64,000 nt of DNA from assembly GCA_050302075.1 (NCBI GenBank), contig JBNLAH010000001.1, positions 196,157-260,156 of the forward strand, given 5' to 3'. Source of the stretch: Parachlamydiales bacterium (GTDB taxonomy: Bacteria > Chlamydiota > Chlamydiia > Chlamydiales > SM23-39). The position numbers and the translations under genes are program-made. Below the pieces are notes generated by a model that saw only the letters and a program-made list of their open reading frames with translations, did not search any database and had not been told where the DNA came from. Below are positions 42,413 through 52,055 of the stretch, piece after piece (position 1 is the first letter of the stretch; the number at the start of each line of letters is the position of its first letter).

Positions 42413-45250
42413 ATGAAGAAAATAATATTTTTATTTCTTGCAGTTTTTGCATCTAATTATTGTTACTCTATTGAAGAAAACCACCATAAAGACAGGCTTT
42501 TAAAAATTCTGGAACTTATGCAGGAAAGATTCCTTTTTTCCACTCATAAAAAAGAAAGTGTAGAGAACAATAAAATTATTTTTCAGGAAGTGGATGAAAT
42601 TGTAGAACAAACTCTTAAAACATATCCTGAAGATTTATCATTAAGGGTTCTCTGCATTCGTTTGTTATACATTCAAGGAAATCACTATCTTTACAGAGAT
42701 CTGCCAGTATTAGCACAGAAAAAATTGCTTACAGCAAAAGAACTTTGTGAAAAAGAACTCTCTCCTCTTTGCGAATCAGTAGAAAAAATCTGTGAGGAAC
42801 TTGTTAATGCTGACAACCGTCTACCTTCTTTTTACGCTATGGTTTTGCGCCTTCTTGGAAAAGCTTATATTTTTTCTTCAGACTCTCACAACAAACTATT
42901 AAAAGATGAAGGGGAAGCCTTGTTAAGACAGGCTATAAAAATTCGAGAGCATATCGACAGTCAATCAGAAACCGGATGTTATCAAGATACAATTGACAAT
43001 GCCATCATCGGTAATACTCATATTTTTAAAAGGGAACTAGCTTCTTATATTATTCTTGATAAAGGTGAGCTTGATGAGGCAGAAAACCTTTTTTTAGAGA
43101 TGCTAAAGATCGATGATCCTATGAATCAACAGTTATGTCTAAAAAGACTCATGGTCATTTATCAGAGAAAGGGACAGAAAAAAGACACATTATTAGAAAG
43201 ACAATGCCAATATAAAAATGCTATTGAAACAGCTAATAAACTAATTCAGTATTTAGAGAAAAATCCTGAAATTTTTCGCATCTCTCTTATACTGACCCAA
43301 ATTGGGCAACTTTATTTTGATCCGCAAAATCCTTTTCGTGATTTAGAAATTAGTCGCAAATTTTTTGAGCAGGCAAAAAAAACATGTTCTGATGAATTAA
43401 AGTCGATTTCCATTTTGTTACATCAAGGATTATCCAAGGTTTACCAAGAAATTGCTAAGAAAGAAGAATGGAAATATGCTGAAATATCCAGTACAACATA
43501 TTTGCGAGAATTATCTCAGGCGCCTGAGAGAAAAGTTGTTGCTTATGAGCAACTTGGAGACCTTTATTTTGAGCAGAAAAAATATATTGTTGCCACAACA
43601 CTTTATAGCAATGCTTTAAGCATTCTTCGCAAGTTTCCTGATTTGCTCGATAATCCATTGTGGGTGCGTCTTATGCAAAAAATGGAAAAAGTAGAGAGAA
43701 GTGTTTTTCCAGCTAAAGACCAGGACCTATTGTTATATACTCAAAGCTTGTCAACTTATCGGAAGAGATTGGATAAGATGCGTCAAAAAGCAAAAGATAT
43801 GATTGGTAATAAGCCAGTGAAAGAGGTCTTTGAATATATCACATTGGAGTATAAAAAATTGATACAATTGATATTAAAAGATCTTGGTGCAAATGAATCT
43901 TTCCCTCCTTTTACGCTAATCTGTGGAGGTTCCATGAGTTGGAATGTCGCAACACCTTACTCTGACGTGGAGCTAGCTTTTTTGATAGATTCTGAAAGAT
44001 CTGAAATAGAAAAAACAATGATTAAGAAGTTAGCTACCTTATTGACTCTTAGACTTAATGCGATTGGAGAGGCTCCTGCCGGTTGTTTAAAATTGGATTC
44101 TCTTTCTTGGTTGGGTGTCGATGAAGGCCCATCTCCTCGGGGGATCATGCTTGACCCATTCCAGTTAGCCACGCCTCAAAAATATTTTATTGGAACTCCA
44201 GAAGAGTTTGCTTTACTTCAAAAAAACCTTTCAACTGTTCAAAAAAATGATTCTCGCAGTATGACCCAATTTGGTTCTTCATTTATGCATGCTTCATTTG
44301 TATTTGGTAACCAGAAGCTTCATTTGCTCTATAAAAATCAATTACAAAATATATTCAGTCCACAGGAAAAAAAGGAAATTTCTAATGATAGAATAAAAAA
44401 AGACCTAACTCGTTGGGAGATAAAACATGCTCGGGATGCCTATGGGGAAAGGTGCAGTGTAAAGCATGATCTTTATAGAGTGCTTGATATAATCCTTTAT
44501 GATTTGGCTTTTCGATTTTCAATGCTTGAGGCAAAAGACCTTTGGGAGGTTTTCGAAAAGTTAGAGGCTCGTGGAATTATAGACCATAAAATGGCAACTA
44601 ATGGACTTAAAATTCTTGACCTGATCGGTGAATTGAGGATCAAAACCTATCTTTCAGCTCAGTGTCAAAGAGAGTGGATTGACCCTCAAACAGCTGAAAT
44701 TGCAATGATCCGGGATTTTCTAAAATCCTTATATGAACATGTTAAAGATCTTATTCCTGAAGTAAATCTAAAGGATATTACTTCTTCAGACAGCATTGAG
44801 TCTTTATTGAAAAAACTTGTTTTTAATAAAGCATTTTATGGTGCTAACCATCCTGTTGTATCTCAAAGCCATGCCCAACTTGGTTTGGCTTTAATAAAAA
44901 TTAAACATTTTCATGAAGCTGCCCACGAGTTCAAAAAGGCTATAAGTATAGATAGTTTTATCTACGGTACTCATCATCCCAGAGTGGAAAATTACCATCG
45001 TCAGCTTGAGTTTTGCCAGGAAAAAATAGACTCCCAAAATATACTTTCTATTACACCTTGTCACAGTCATTGTAAAGAGTTAGAGTTTATAATTTCCCAT
45101 CCTTCTTACAAGTCTTTTGACTTAAAATTGCAAGCGTTATCAGCTTTAAGGCAGGGGGATTTATTTAGAGCTAATGTTTTTTTTGATTTATCTAAGATTG
45201 TCTTTGATTGTTATCACAAAGATTGTCAACCTTGTAAGCACGAATTCTAG
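42413..45250 (+). CDS. TPR-repeat protein with DUF294/GlnD-like nucleotidyltransferase domain
   Basis: Signal peptide, TPR-like helices, GGSMSWNVATPYSDVELAFL (GS..D-x-E), SVKHDLYR, and C-terminal YGANHP/YGTHHP kinesin-light-chain-type TPRs. Confidence 0.75.
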   Translation: MKKIIFLFLAVFASNYCYSIEENHHKDRLLKILELMQERFLFSTHKKESVENNKIIFQEVDEIVEQTLKTYPEDLSLRVLCIRLLYIQGNHYLYRDLPVLAQKKLLTAKELCEKELSPLCESVEKICEELVNADNRLPSFYAMVLRLLGKAYIFSSDSHNKLLKDEGEALLRQAIKIREHIDSQSETGCYQDTIDNAIIGNTHIFKRELASYIILDKGELDEAENLFLEMLKIDDPMNQQLCLKRLMVIYQRKGQKKDTLLERQCQYKNAIETANKLIQYLEKNPEIFRISLILTQIGQLYFDPQNPFRDLEISRKFFEQAKKTCSDELKSISILLHQGLSKVYQEIAKKEEWKYAEISSTTYLRELSQAPERKVVAYEQLGDLYFEQKKYIVATTLYSNALSILRKFPDLLDNPLWVRLMQKMEKVERSVFPAKDQDLLLYTQSLSTYRKRLDKMRQKAKDMIGNKPVKEVFEYITLEYKKLIQLILKDLGANESFPPFTLICGGSMSWNVATPYSDVELAFLIDSERSEIEKTMIKKLATLLTLRLNAIGEAPAGCLKLDSLSWLGVDEGPSPRGIMLDPFQLATPQKYFIGTPEEFALLQKNLSTVQKNDSRSMTQFGSSFMHASFVFGNQKLHLLYKNQLQNIFSPQEKKEISNDRIKKDLTRWEIKHARDAYGERCSVKHDLYRVLDIILYDLAFRFSMLEAKDLWEVFEKLEARGIIDHKMATNGLKILDLIGELRIKTYLSAQCQREWIDPQTAEIAMIRDFLKSLYEHVKDLIPEVNLKDITSSDSIESLLKKLVFNKAFYGANHPVVSQSHAQLGLALIKIKHFHEAAHEFKKAISIDSFIYGTHHPRVENYHRQLEFCQEKIDSQNILSITPCHSHCKELEFIISHPSYKSFDLKLQALSALRQGDLFRANVFFDLSKIVFDCYHKDCQPCKHEF

Positions 45251-45338
45251 ATATGCCTGTGCCTACTAGTTCAGAAAATACTATCAAATTATCCTCTATA
45301 GTCTGCTTGTATTTGCATCAAGTTATTCTTTAATATAT

Positions 45339-45821
45339 TTAAGAATTAACTTGGGGTTTAGGAGAGTGAAAATAGGAAATAAGTTGCTTTGCATTTAAAG
45401 CAAAAAGAGCAATGAAAAGAATGCTTAATGGACTTGATAAATGCATTGAGAGGCCACATCCAAAAATCATTATAACACAGCTCATAATCTTTGCAGCTAT
45501 CATCCAAACTTTATCTAAAGCACTAAAAAGTTTCTCAAGCTTTGGAAGATTTCCAATATTTGCAATTTTTTGTATTCCATACGTCAGAAGAGGCATTGTA
45601 AGTCCAACACTTCCTAATGAAATAATACTTAAATCACTAAGATACAACTCAGATGCTGCAGCCATTAGAAAGATTGAGGAAGCAGGTTGCTGTAAGATTT
45701 TTCCAGCTACCCGTGTAATAGAAGATTCTGAGGATGTCTCCATAAGATTTCCAGCTGCTGAAGACACTCCTACTGAAGCTTCTAAATACATAATTAAATC
45801 ATGTAAATATATTGGACCCAT
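45339..45821 (-). CDS. Multi-TM Inc-like hypothetical protein, paralogue 1
   Basis: MGPIYL...KILQQPA...QKIANI.NLP.LEK.FS.LDKV; homologous to 50838 and 53909. Confidence 0.8.
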   Translation of the reverse strand: MGPIYLHDLIMYLEASVGVSSAAGNLMETSSESSITRVAGKILQQPASSIFLMAAASELYLSDLSIISLGSVGLTMPLLTYGIQKIANIGNLPKLEKLFSALDKVWMIAAKIMSCVIMIFGCGLSMHLSSPLSILFIALFALNAKQLISYFHSPKPQVNS

Positions 45822-46135
45822 AATTACTATTAGTTGATTAATTGTAAATTAATTATATATTAATGATAACTAAAAAACAAGAAATTGAATTATTATCAAT
45901 AATAATTTGATAGACACGTTATAATATAAAACTCAACTTTAAGTAAAATTATTTTTTTAAATAAACTAAAAATCTTTGCTTTAAGCGTTTATAAAAAAGA
46001 TAAATAAGTATGATTTTTTATAAAATAAAATGTTACAAATAATTTTAGACTTAGTTCTTATATTTTCTATAAAATTTTTTATAGTATTCTAGAAACATTT
46101 AAGCTTTCAGCTAGTTCGGAATATGTCTAAACAAA

Positions 46136-46171
46136 TGGAGATAAAGAGAAGTGTTCAGAATTTTTAACTGG
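46136..46171 (+). repeat. ssrA-end/att-like repeat 1 (degenerate)
   Basis: TGGAGATAAAGAGAAGTGTTCAGAATTTTTAACTGG. Confidence 0.75.
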
Positions 46172-46296
46172 AAGGAATTTTCAAACAAAATTGGGCAATA
46201 GGCTGTTTAGCCAACAGTTTGTTGTCTAATTAATAGTGATCTAATTTCATAGCCTCCTCAATGACGTGTTTGGAGCTATTAATTGTCTGCTAGGTT

Positions 46297-47586
46297 TTAG
46301 TTTTTACTGTTTAAAGTCTTAAAGCTAGCTCTGTAGCTTGCAACTATGAGTAGTACCATCAAAATAAAAACAAGTATCTTAAGATAGAGAGCTATAGCAG
46401 CAATTGATCCAAAGGTAACTAAGAGTCCTTGCGTGGTCAGTGATGGAACTGCCATCATAATAGGAAGTGCGATCATCTCAGTAACGATTTTGGTTTTGAA
46501 TCGGTTTTGATAGGGTAGATAGAGATATAATATTTGAGTTAAAGGGAAGAACAGAAAGCTAGCAGTAGTCACAAGAAGTCCATTAAAGACTCCTAGCCCT
46601 GGCCAAGATAAAGAGGAACTTAGAAAGATAATCCCTCCTACCAGGATAGATAGGGAGGCATAGAGAGCGGTGGTTTTCCATCCTTTCTTTAAAATGAGCC
46701 AGGTACCTAATATTACCCAAATAATAGAAATTGCAATTGTTGCAGAGACTACAAATCTTAAGTAACTGCCCATAAAAAGTTGGTAATCAGCTGGTTTCAG
46801 AGACTGAGTCTTAATCTGGAACTTAATGAGAATATCTAAAAAGTTTTTGATCATAGTAGAACCAGCTAATAAATAAGCAGCGCTTAAGATAGGAAAGTGA
46901 GTTTGTGATGAAGAAGACTCTTGGGGATGGATCAAACTATCCGGCAATCTTTTCCATGACCAGTTGAAGGTGAAGAAAGAAAAGACTACGAGGGCTATAG
47001 CTGGAATAACCATAGCCATTAGGGACCATTTGGAGGCGCCAATTGCCATTAAGCCTAAATTTGATACAATGGCTCCAGCAACACCCAAGACAAATGCAAG
47101 TGGAATATAATATTTTATTCCTTCAGGTAGGGAAGAAATACGATTAATAAACCCCCAGACAAATAGTGAATAAAGACTAAAGTTGAAAACACTTAGCATT
47201 ATGTACATCAGAGATATAACCCAGTGAGTTATCAAAGGTTTATATATTCCAAACGCTTCTGGTACCCCATTCAGTACCAAATGTTCTTGAAAAAACATTA
47301 GCCCAGTAAGAAGAACTATTACTCCTGTTAAAGCGATTAAAGTGCCCCTAAATACTTTTTCGAAGGGTTTGTAAATTGAAAAAATAAGAAGAGAGAGTGC
47401 CAGGATTATTTGGGGTAAGAATGTAGATACTTTAAGAGCTGGAATTTGAGCAAATCCTAGTTGTTTTCCTATGAGGGCATTTTGAGATAAATGAAAAAGA
47501 GTACTGCTACAAGAGAGGAGCACCAACAGCCATAAAGCTGGAAGAAAGATGAATTTTATGGCTTTTCGTAAGTTGGCATTTGTCAT
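46297..47586 (-). CDS. Divergent NTT/TLC (Npt1/Npt2-like) MFS transporter
   Basis: About 11-12 TM; LFVWGFINRI...KYYIPL, KKGWKTTAL and QILYLYL....RFKTK echo TLC-family motifs. Confidence 0.6.
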   Translation of the reverse strand: MTNANLRKAIKFIFLPALWLLVLLSCSSTLFHLSQNALIGKQLGFAQIPALKVSTFLPQIILALSLLIFSIYKPFEKVFRGTLIALTGVIVLLTGLMFFQEHLVLNGVPEAFGIYKPLITHWVISLMYIMLSVFNFSLYSLFVWGFINRISSLPEGIKYYIPLAFVLGVAGAIVSNLGLMAIGASKWSLMAMVIPAIALVVFSFFTFNWSWKRLPDSLIHPQESSSSQTHFPILSAAYLLAGSTMIKNFLDILIKFQIKTQSLKPADYQLFMGSYLRFVVSATIAISIIWVILGTWLILKKGWKTTALYASLSILVGGIIFLSSSLSWPGLGVFNGLLVTTASFLFFPLTQILYLYLPYQNRFKTKIVTEMIALPIMMAVPSLTTQGLLVTFGSIAAIALYLKILVFILMVLLIVASYRASFKTLNSKN

Positions 47587-47863
47587 GATAAATCCTGTTT
47601 TTTTAATTTTTTAAGCCGCTTGTACTTATAAGCTCATTTTTTCTATCTGATTTTCAACATGCAATCGGGTGCTCTATTCTACATTTTTTAGAACGATTGT
47701 TGCAAAAGGAAAGGAAGTTGGATGCTTCCTTTGCGGTTTCCTTTTTTTAGAGAAAATCTTTCTTAAGGATTTGACTTCATATTAAAATCTGATGGATTTG
47801 CATCTTTATCAGGGTTTTCAATTAAGAGCTTAAAGACTGAGATTGGATACAAAAAGTGTCCAA

Positions 47864-47899
47864 CCAGGTAGGAAGGATGCATTCAGAACTTTTGATTGG
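47864..47899 (+). repeat. ssrA-end/att-like repeat 2
   Basis: CCAGGTAGGAAGGATGCATTCAGAACTTTTGATTGG. Confidence 0.8.
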
Positions 47900-47966
47900 A
47901 AAAAAGTTGAATCAACTGATATGGTGCCCTTGCTAAAAATAAGGTTTTTGCACAAGAGCTAGTATT

Positions 47967-48806
47967 TTGAAAAAACTCTCTCTACTCCTTTTTCTATTGG
48001 TTATTTCTAAGGGACTTGCTGAAGAGAAATTAACAAGTCATTCATTGCCTACAGTTGTCATCACTTGCGCCTCAGGTGAACTAGGAGGAGCAATAGGAAA
48101 AAAATTGGCAAGTGCAAATAATTTGATTTTGACTGGTCGAAATCTAAAGAAACTTCAAATTCTTCAAAAAGAATTACAATCTAAATTCCCACACAATTAC
48201 GAAATAATTTTGCTAGACTATTGTGATTCATCTTCCATTCATGAATTTGAGAAAACTTTAAAAGTTAAAAAATCTGAAATTTCAGGCCTAGTTTTAATAA
48301 CGCCACGCCCCCAGTTTTGCAGTAGCCTACTAGAGTCTGAAGCAAATTGGATGAGTTTATTTCGACTTACTTTTACAGGTCCTATAGAGGTTCTCAAAAA
48401 AGTATTATCTCACACAGCCTCTCTACGTAAAATAGTTGTAATAGCGGGAACAACATCTGTTCAGCTGATCCCTGAGTATGGACCTACTTGTGTCATAAGA
48501 AGAATGTGGACGACTTATGTGAAAGCACTATCGCACCAGTTGGGTTCTAAAGGAATTTGTATAAACGCCTTATCACCAGGAGTTGTATTAACAGACTTCC
48601 ATGTTGAAAGAATAGCAATTAAAGCAAGACAAAATTATATTGATTACAATGATCAGATGAAGCAAGAGGTCGCGCAAATTCCTCTAGGACGTCATGCACT
48701 ACCTAGAGAAGTAGCGCAAACTGTAAAATTCCTTTTATCAAATGACTCAGACTTTATCAACGGAATCAATTTAGTGGTTGATGGGGGATCTACATTAAGC
48801 TATTAA
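47967..48806 (+). CDS. Atypical short-chain dehydrogenase/reductase
   Basis: VITCASGELG, INALSPG..LT, IPLGR...P.EVA and SDFING..LVVDGG; signal-like N-terminus. Confidence 0.82.
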   Translation: MKKLSLLLFLLVISKGLAEEKLTSHSLPTVVITCASGELGGAIGKKLASANNLILTGRNLKKLQILQKELQSKFPHNYEIILLDYCDSSSIHEFEKTLKVKKSEISGLVLITPRPQFCSSLLESEANWMSLFRLTFTGPIEVLKKVLSHTASLRKIVVIAGTTSVQLIPEYGPTCVIRRMWTTYVKALSHQLGSKGICINALSPGVVLTDFHVERIAIKARQNYIDYNDQMKQEVAQIPLGRHALPREVAQTVKFLLSNDSDFINGINLVVDGGSTLSY

Positions 48807-48971
48807 TGCTTATTTACCGTCTTTTTAAGTTTGGGAATAAAGAGAAATGAATTTTTCTAGATATGAGGTTTTTTCATTTAACGCTCTTTCCTAATTAAGG
48901 CATCAGAAGCTAGATCAACAACTATTTATGAGCCAGATAATAATTAACAAACCGACTGTCAAAGGGTACTT

Positions 48972-49502
48972 ATGAAACAGTTAAAGGAAACTATGCCTTC
49001 GCAGCTTGTTAAGTCTCTCGAAGAGATATACCAGCCGGCTGGCTTGAATATTCGTGATTTTGAAAGAGAAACCGAGAGTCAAGATTATGGAGCCTGTCGA
49101 TTCAGGCTAAATAGTCAAAAGATTGTGTTTCGTGTTGCAAAGACTACTCCAAAAAAAGTTGGACAATTTGTTGTTATATGGAAAAGAGCTGCAAGTGGTG
49201 TTATTGAGCCCTATGAAGTAAAAGACGATGTAAATTTTTTTGTAATTGCAGTACAAGCAAATGGCCATGTAGGTCAGTTTGTATTTCCTAAAAATGTTTT
49301 GCATGCAAAAGGAATTCTTTCAGGGAAAGGCTCTGAGGGCAAAAGAGCAATTAGGGTCTTTCCTGTATGGGATATTACTACAAGTCGACAAGCTAAGAAT
49401 ACTCAAGCATGGCAGCTTGATTATTTTTTCGAAATCACTAAAAATCAAGAAGAGAACATTTCAAATATTCAAAAAAGGTATAAGTATGACAATAAGTCCT
49501 AA
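48972..49502 (+). CDS. MepB family protein
   Basis: ESQDYGAC.F, FRVAK.TPKK.GQFV..WKR, GQFVFP, GKRAIRVFP.W and TQAWQL.YF. Confidence 0.85.
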   Translation: MKQLKETMPSQLVKSLEEIYQPAGLNIRDFERETESQDYGACRFRLNSQKIVFRVAKTTPKKVGQFVVIWKRAASGVIEPYEVKDDVNFFVIAVQANGHVGQFVFPKNVLHAKGILSGKGSEGKRAIRVFPVWDITTSRQAKNTQAWQLDYFFEITKNQEENISNIQKRYKYDNKS

Positions 49503-49857
49503 GCCCAACCTCCAGCTTGTTTATGTATCTGATATAAAGCATTCAACAGATTTTTATAAAATGATTTTTAAGGCTGAACCAGTGTTTACAAGTCCTCGTT
49601 ATGTGGCATTTTCGGCTGGAGAAGGCGCATTGTTTGCTATTTGGGCAGGAGGAACAGTTCCTGATGTATCTTCTCCCAGATATTCTGAGGTGGGAATTAT
49701 GCTACCTTCTAATGAAGCTGTAGACCAGCTCTATGAGGAATGGAAGCAGAATTCTGATATTAACATCGTTCAGGAACCCCAGACTGAAGTTTTTGGTCGT
49801 ACTTTTCTTGTAAAAGACCCTGATGGTCATATTATTCGCGTTTGCCTAAAAGATTAA
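49486..49857 (+). CDS. VOC/glyoxalase-bleomycin resistance family protein
   Basis: LVYVSD...S..FY and FGRTFLVKDPDGHIIRV; ATG 49486. Confidence 0.85.
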   Translation: MTISPKPNLQLVYVSDIKHSTDFYKMIFKAEPVFTSPRYVAFSAGEGALFAIWAGGTVPDVSSPRYSEVGIMLPSNEAVDQLYEEWKQNSDINIVQEPQTEVFGRTFLVKDPDGHIIRVCLKD

Positions 49858-49918
49858 TGAAATAAGATGTTCAAACCCGTAATCCGCTGAGATTGGATGA
49901 AAAAAGTGTCCAATTAAT

Positions 49919-49954
49919 TGGAGGTGGAGAGACTCGTTCAGAACTTTTAATTTG
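49919..49954 (+). repeat. ssrA-end/att-like repeat 3
   Basis: TGGAGGTGGAGAGACTCGTTCAGAACTTTTAATTTG; first 14 nt identical to 59670-59683. Confidence 0.92.
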
Positions 49955-50209
49955 ATGAAAGCTCATCAAAGTTCTCTCTTTTTAAACTCCTTTTATCATA
50001 TCCCCAGATCAGAGTCTTACGTGTTTCTAGTTTAGACAATTTTGTGCTTTCAAACCGACTTTCAGAAACGCTTTAAACTTCATGATCTATTTTTCTGGGA
50101 TGTCTCCAAAATTTCTCTTTTAAAAATAGTTTATTGGTAAATTTTAAGTTGTTTTTTTTGTTAATATTGATAAAGTTTTGCCCCACTTTAGAAACCTAAG
50201 GAGTATAAT

Positions 50210-50755
50210 ATGTGTGTTAGTTTTAGAAAACTTGGTACTGCGATTCTTGGAGCAAGTGCAGCTGGTTATGCTGCTGGAAGATTTAGCAATCAAAGACAAG
50301 TGCAAGCACAAATAGATGCTAGGGTAGAAAGTGCATATCTGCAGGCGCAACGAGAGGCAAAAGCTAAGATGCGCGAGCAAATGTACAATCGACTAGGAAT
50401 TGTGAGATTTGGTAATGCGCGAGCAAATTATGCTCCTGCTTTTGTTGTAGCAACAGTACCTCCATTTTCTGATATGCCAGTAGCTAAATTTGAAGGAGGG
50501 GGCATCCTTCCTGGTAGTGGTATAATGATGGACAAGGTGCGTATGACTGGCCAAAATGTATCTGAATGTCTAGCTGAATGTGTGGATGCTATAGAAGAGG
50601 ATCAAGCTCTTATTGTTATACACGATGGGCAGGCAGTGTTCGTTATAGGTTGTGGAGGACGTCCTGAATCGGATTGGAGTGCAGTACGCAAAGCTTTAGG
50701 AATTAATGAAAGTGTTTCAGGGGGGAAGATAACAGATGTTGACAATAGCATCTAA
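50210..50755 (+). CDS. Hypothetical protein
   Basis: 181 aa ORF with AAGGAG RBS; visibly more G+C-rich than its flanks. Confidence 0.65.
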   Translation: MCVSFRKLGTAILGASAAGYAAGRFSNQRQVQAQIDARVESAYLQAQREAKAKMREQMYNRLGIVRFGNARANYAPAFVVATVPPFSDMPVAKFEGGGILPGSGIMMDKVRMTGQNVSECLAECVDAIEEDQALIVIHDGQAVFVIGCGGRPESDWSAVRKALGINESVSGGKITDVDNSI

Positions 50756-50837
50756 TGTGAGTTGATTCAGAAAATACTATCAAATCATTCTCTCTAGCCT
50801 TCTTATAATTGCATGTCAAGCTGTTCTTTTAATATAT

Positions 50838-51332
50838 TTAAGAATTGACTTGGGCTTTAGAATTTTGAAAATAGGGCATAAGTTGCTTTGTATATAAAAC
50901 AGCATTTAATGCAAAAAGACCTATGAAAAGAAGGATTAGTGGACTTGATAAAGATGCTGAGAGGTTATACCCAATAATCATTGCACCACAGCTCATAACC
51001 TTTGCAGCTATCGACAAAACTTTATCTAAAGTACTAAAAAATTTCTCAAGCTTTGGAAGATTTGCAATGTTTGCAATTTTTTGCATTCCATGCGTTATAA
51101 GAGGCGCTATTAGCCCAATGCATCCTGATAAAATAGTGATTTCGTTTCTATAGTAAAAACCAGATACTATGCTCATTGTAAAGAGTGAGAAAGCAGGTTG
51201 CTGTAAAATTTTTCCAGCTATCTTACTAGTAGAAGATTCTGGTCTTGTTTCAATAAAGTTTCCAGCTGTTGAAGACAATCCTGTTGCAGCCATCAAGTAC
51301 ATAAATGGCCTATCTAAATATCCTGGTCCCAT
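50838..51332 (-). CDS. Multi-TM Inc-like hypothetical protein, paralogue 2
   Basis: Homologous to 45339 and 53909, including the flanks. Confidence 0.8.
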   Translation of the reverse strand: MGPGYLDRPFMYLMAATGLSSTAGNFIETRPESSTSKIAGKILQQPAFSLFTMSIVSGFYYRNEITILSGCIGLIAPLITHGMQKIANIANLPKLEKFFSTLDKVLSIAAKVMSCGAMIIGYNLSASLSSPLILLFIGLFALNAVLYTKQLMPYFQNSKAQVNS

Positions 51333-51843
51333 AATTTTACCTATTATTAATAGGTCTCTATTTTATATTAATTAAAATAAATAAACAAGAAACTAGATTA
51401 TTTTATAATTACTTTGGGTATATATTGTAATTTAATTTCTAGTTTTTTATTTAAAATGTTATATTATTAATTGCCGTAAATAACTGCAAGTTTGTTTCTT
51501 ATATTTTTTCCCCATTTATACTAATTTGTAGATATCTGAGAAATATTTCAAAGTAATAAAAATTTTTTTTTAATGTTTGTCTTCAATTGCGCTCAGTTAT
51601 TTTAATCTATTCAAATATATTTCTAAAAAACTGGGATTAGGAAATTACTTGTAAGTCTTATGATATAATTCATAAGATCATTGTAAAATTCAATTAAGTT
51701 AAGTCAAAATAAAGCGAAACAAAAAGCAAACTGAATGAAGCTTTTGCCTTAAAAGTAAACATTGCTCGTAAAAGATAAGCTTTCTTTCACAATCGAAAAA
51801 AAACTTAACAAGTCCCTCAACATAAATGTTTTCATTTGCAAAA

Positions 51844-51879
51844 TGGAGGTGGAGAGACGAGTTCAGAACTTTTGACTAT
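51844..51879 (+). repeat. ssrA-end/att-like repeat 4
   Basis: TGGAGGTGGAGAGACGAGTTCAGAACTTTTGACTAT. Confidence 0.92.
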
Positions 51880-52055
51880 GCTTTGAAAAGAAATCTTTTT
51901 CATTTACGTGGGAGAGGATGTTAAGTAGATCATTTTTATACAAGACAAAAAGGGAACATAAATAAAACTGCATTCAGCTTTTATCTTCAAAATAAATAAA
52001 TATATCTGCCATAATTTTCCGATTTAAAAAACATATCTTTAAATGGATTTAGATT

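Noticed and set aside
47640..47750. Riboswitch upstream of the NTT-like gene (hairpin AAAGGAAG-N7-CTTCCTTT)
   Set aside because: No recognisable aptamer consensus; a lone hairpin is insufficient.
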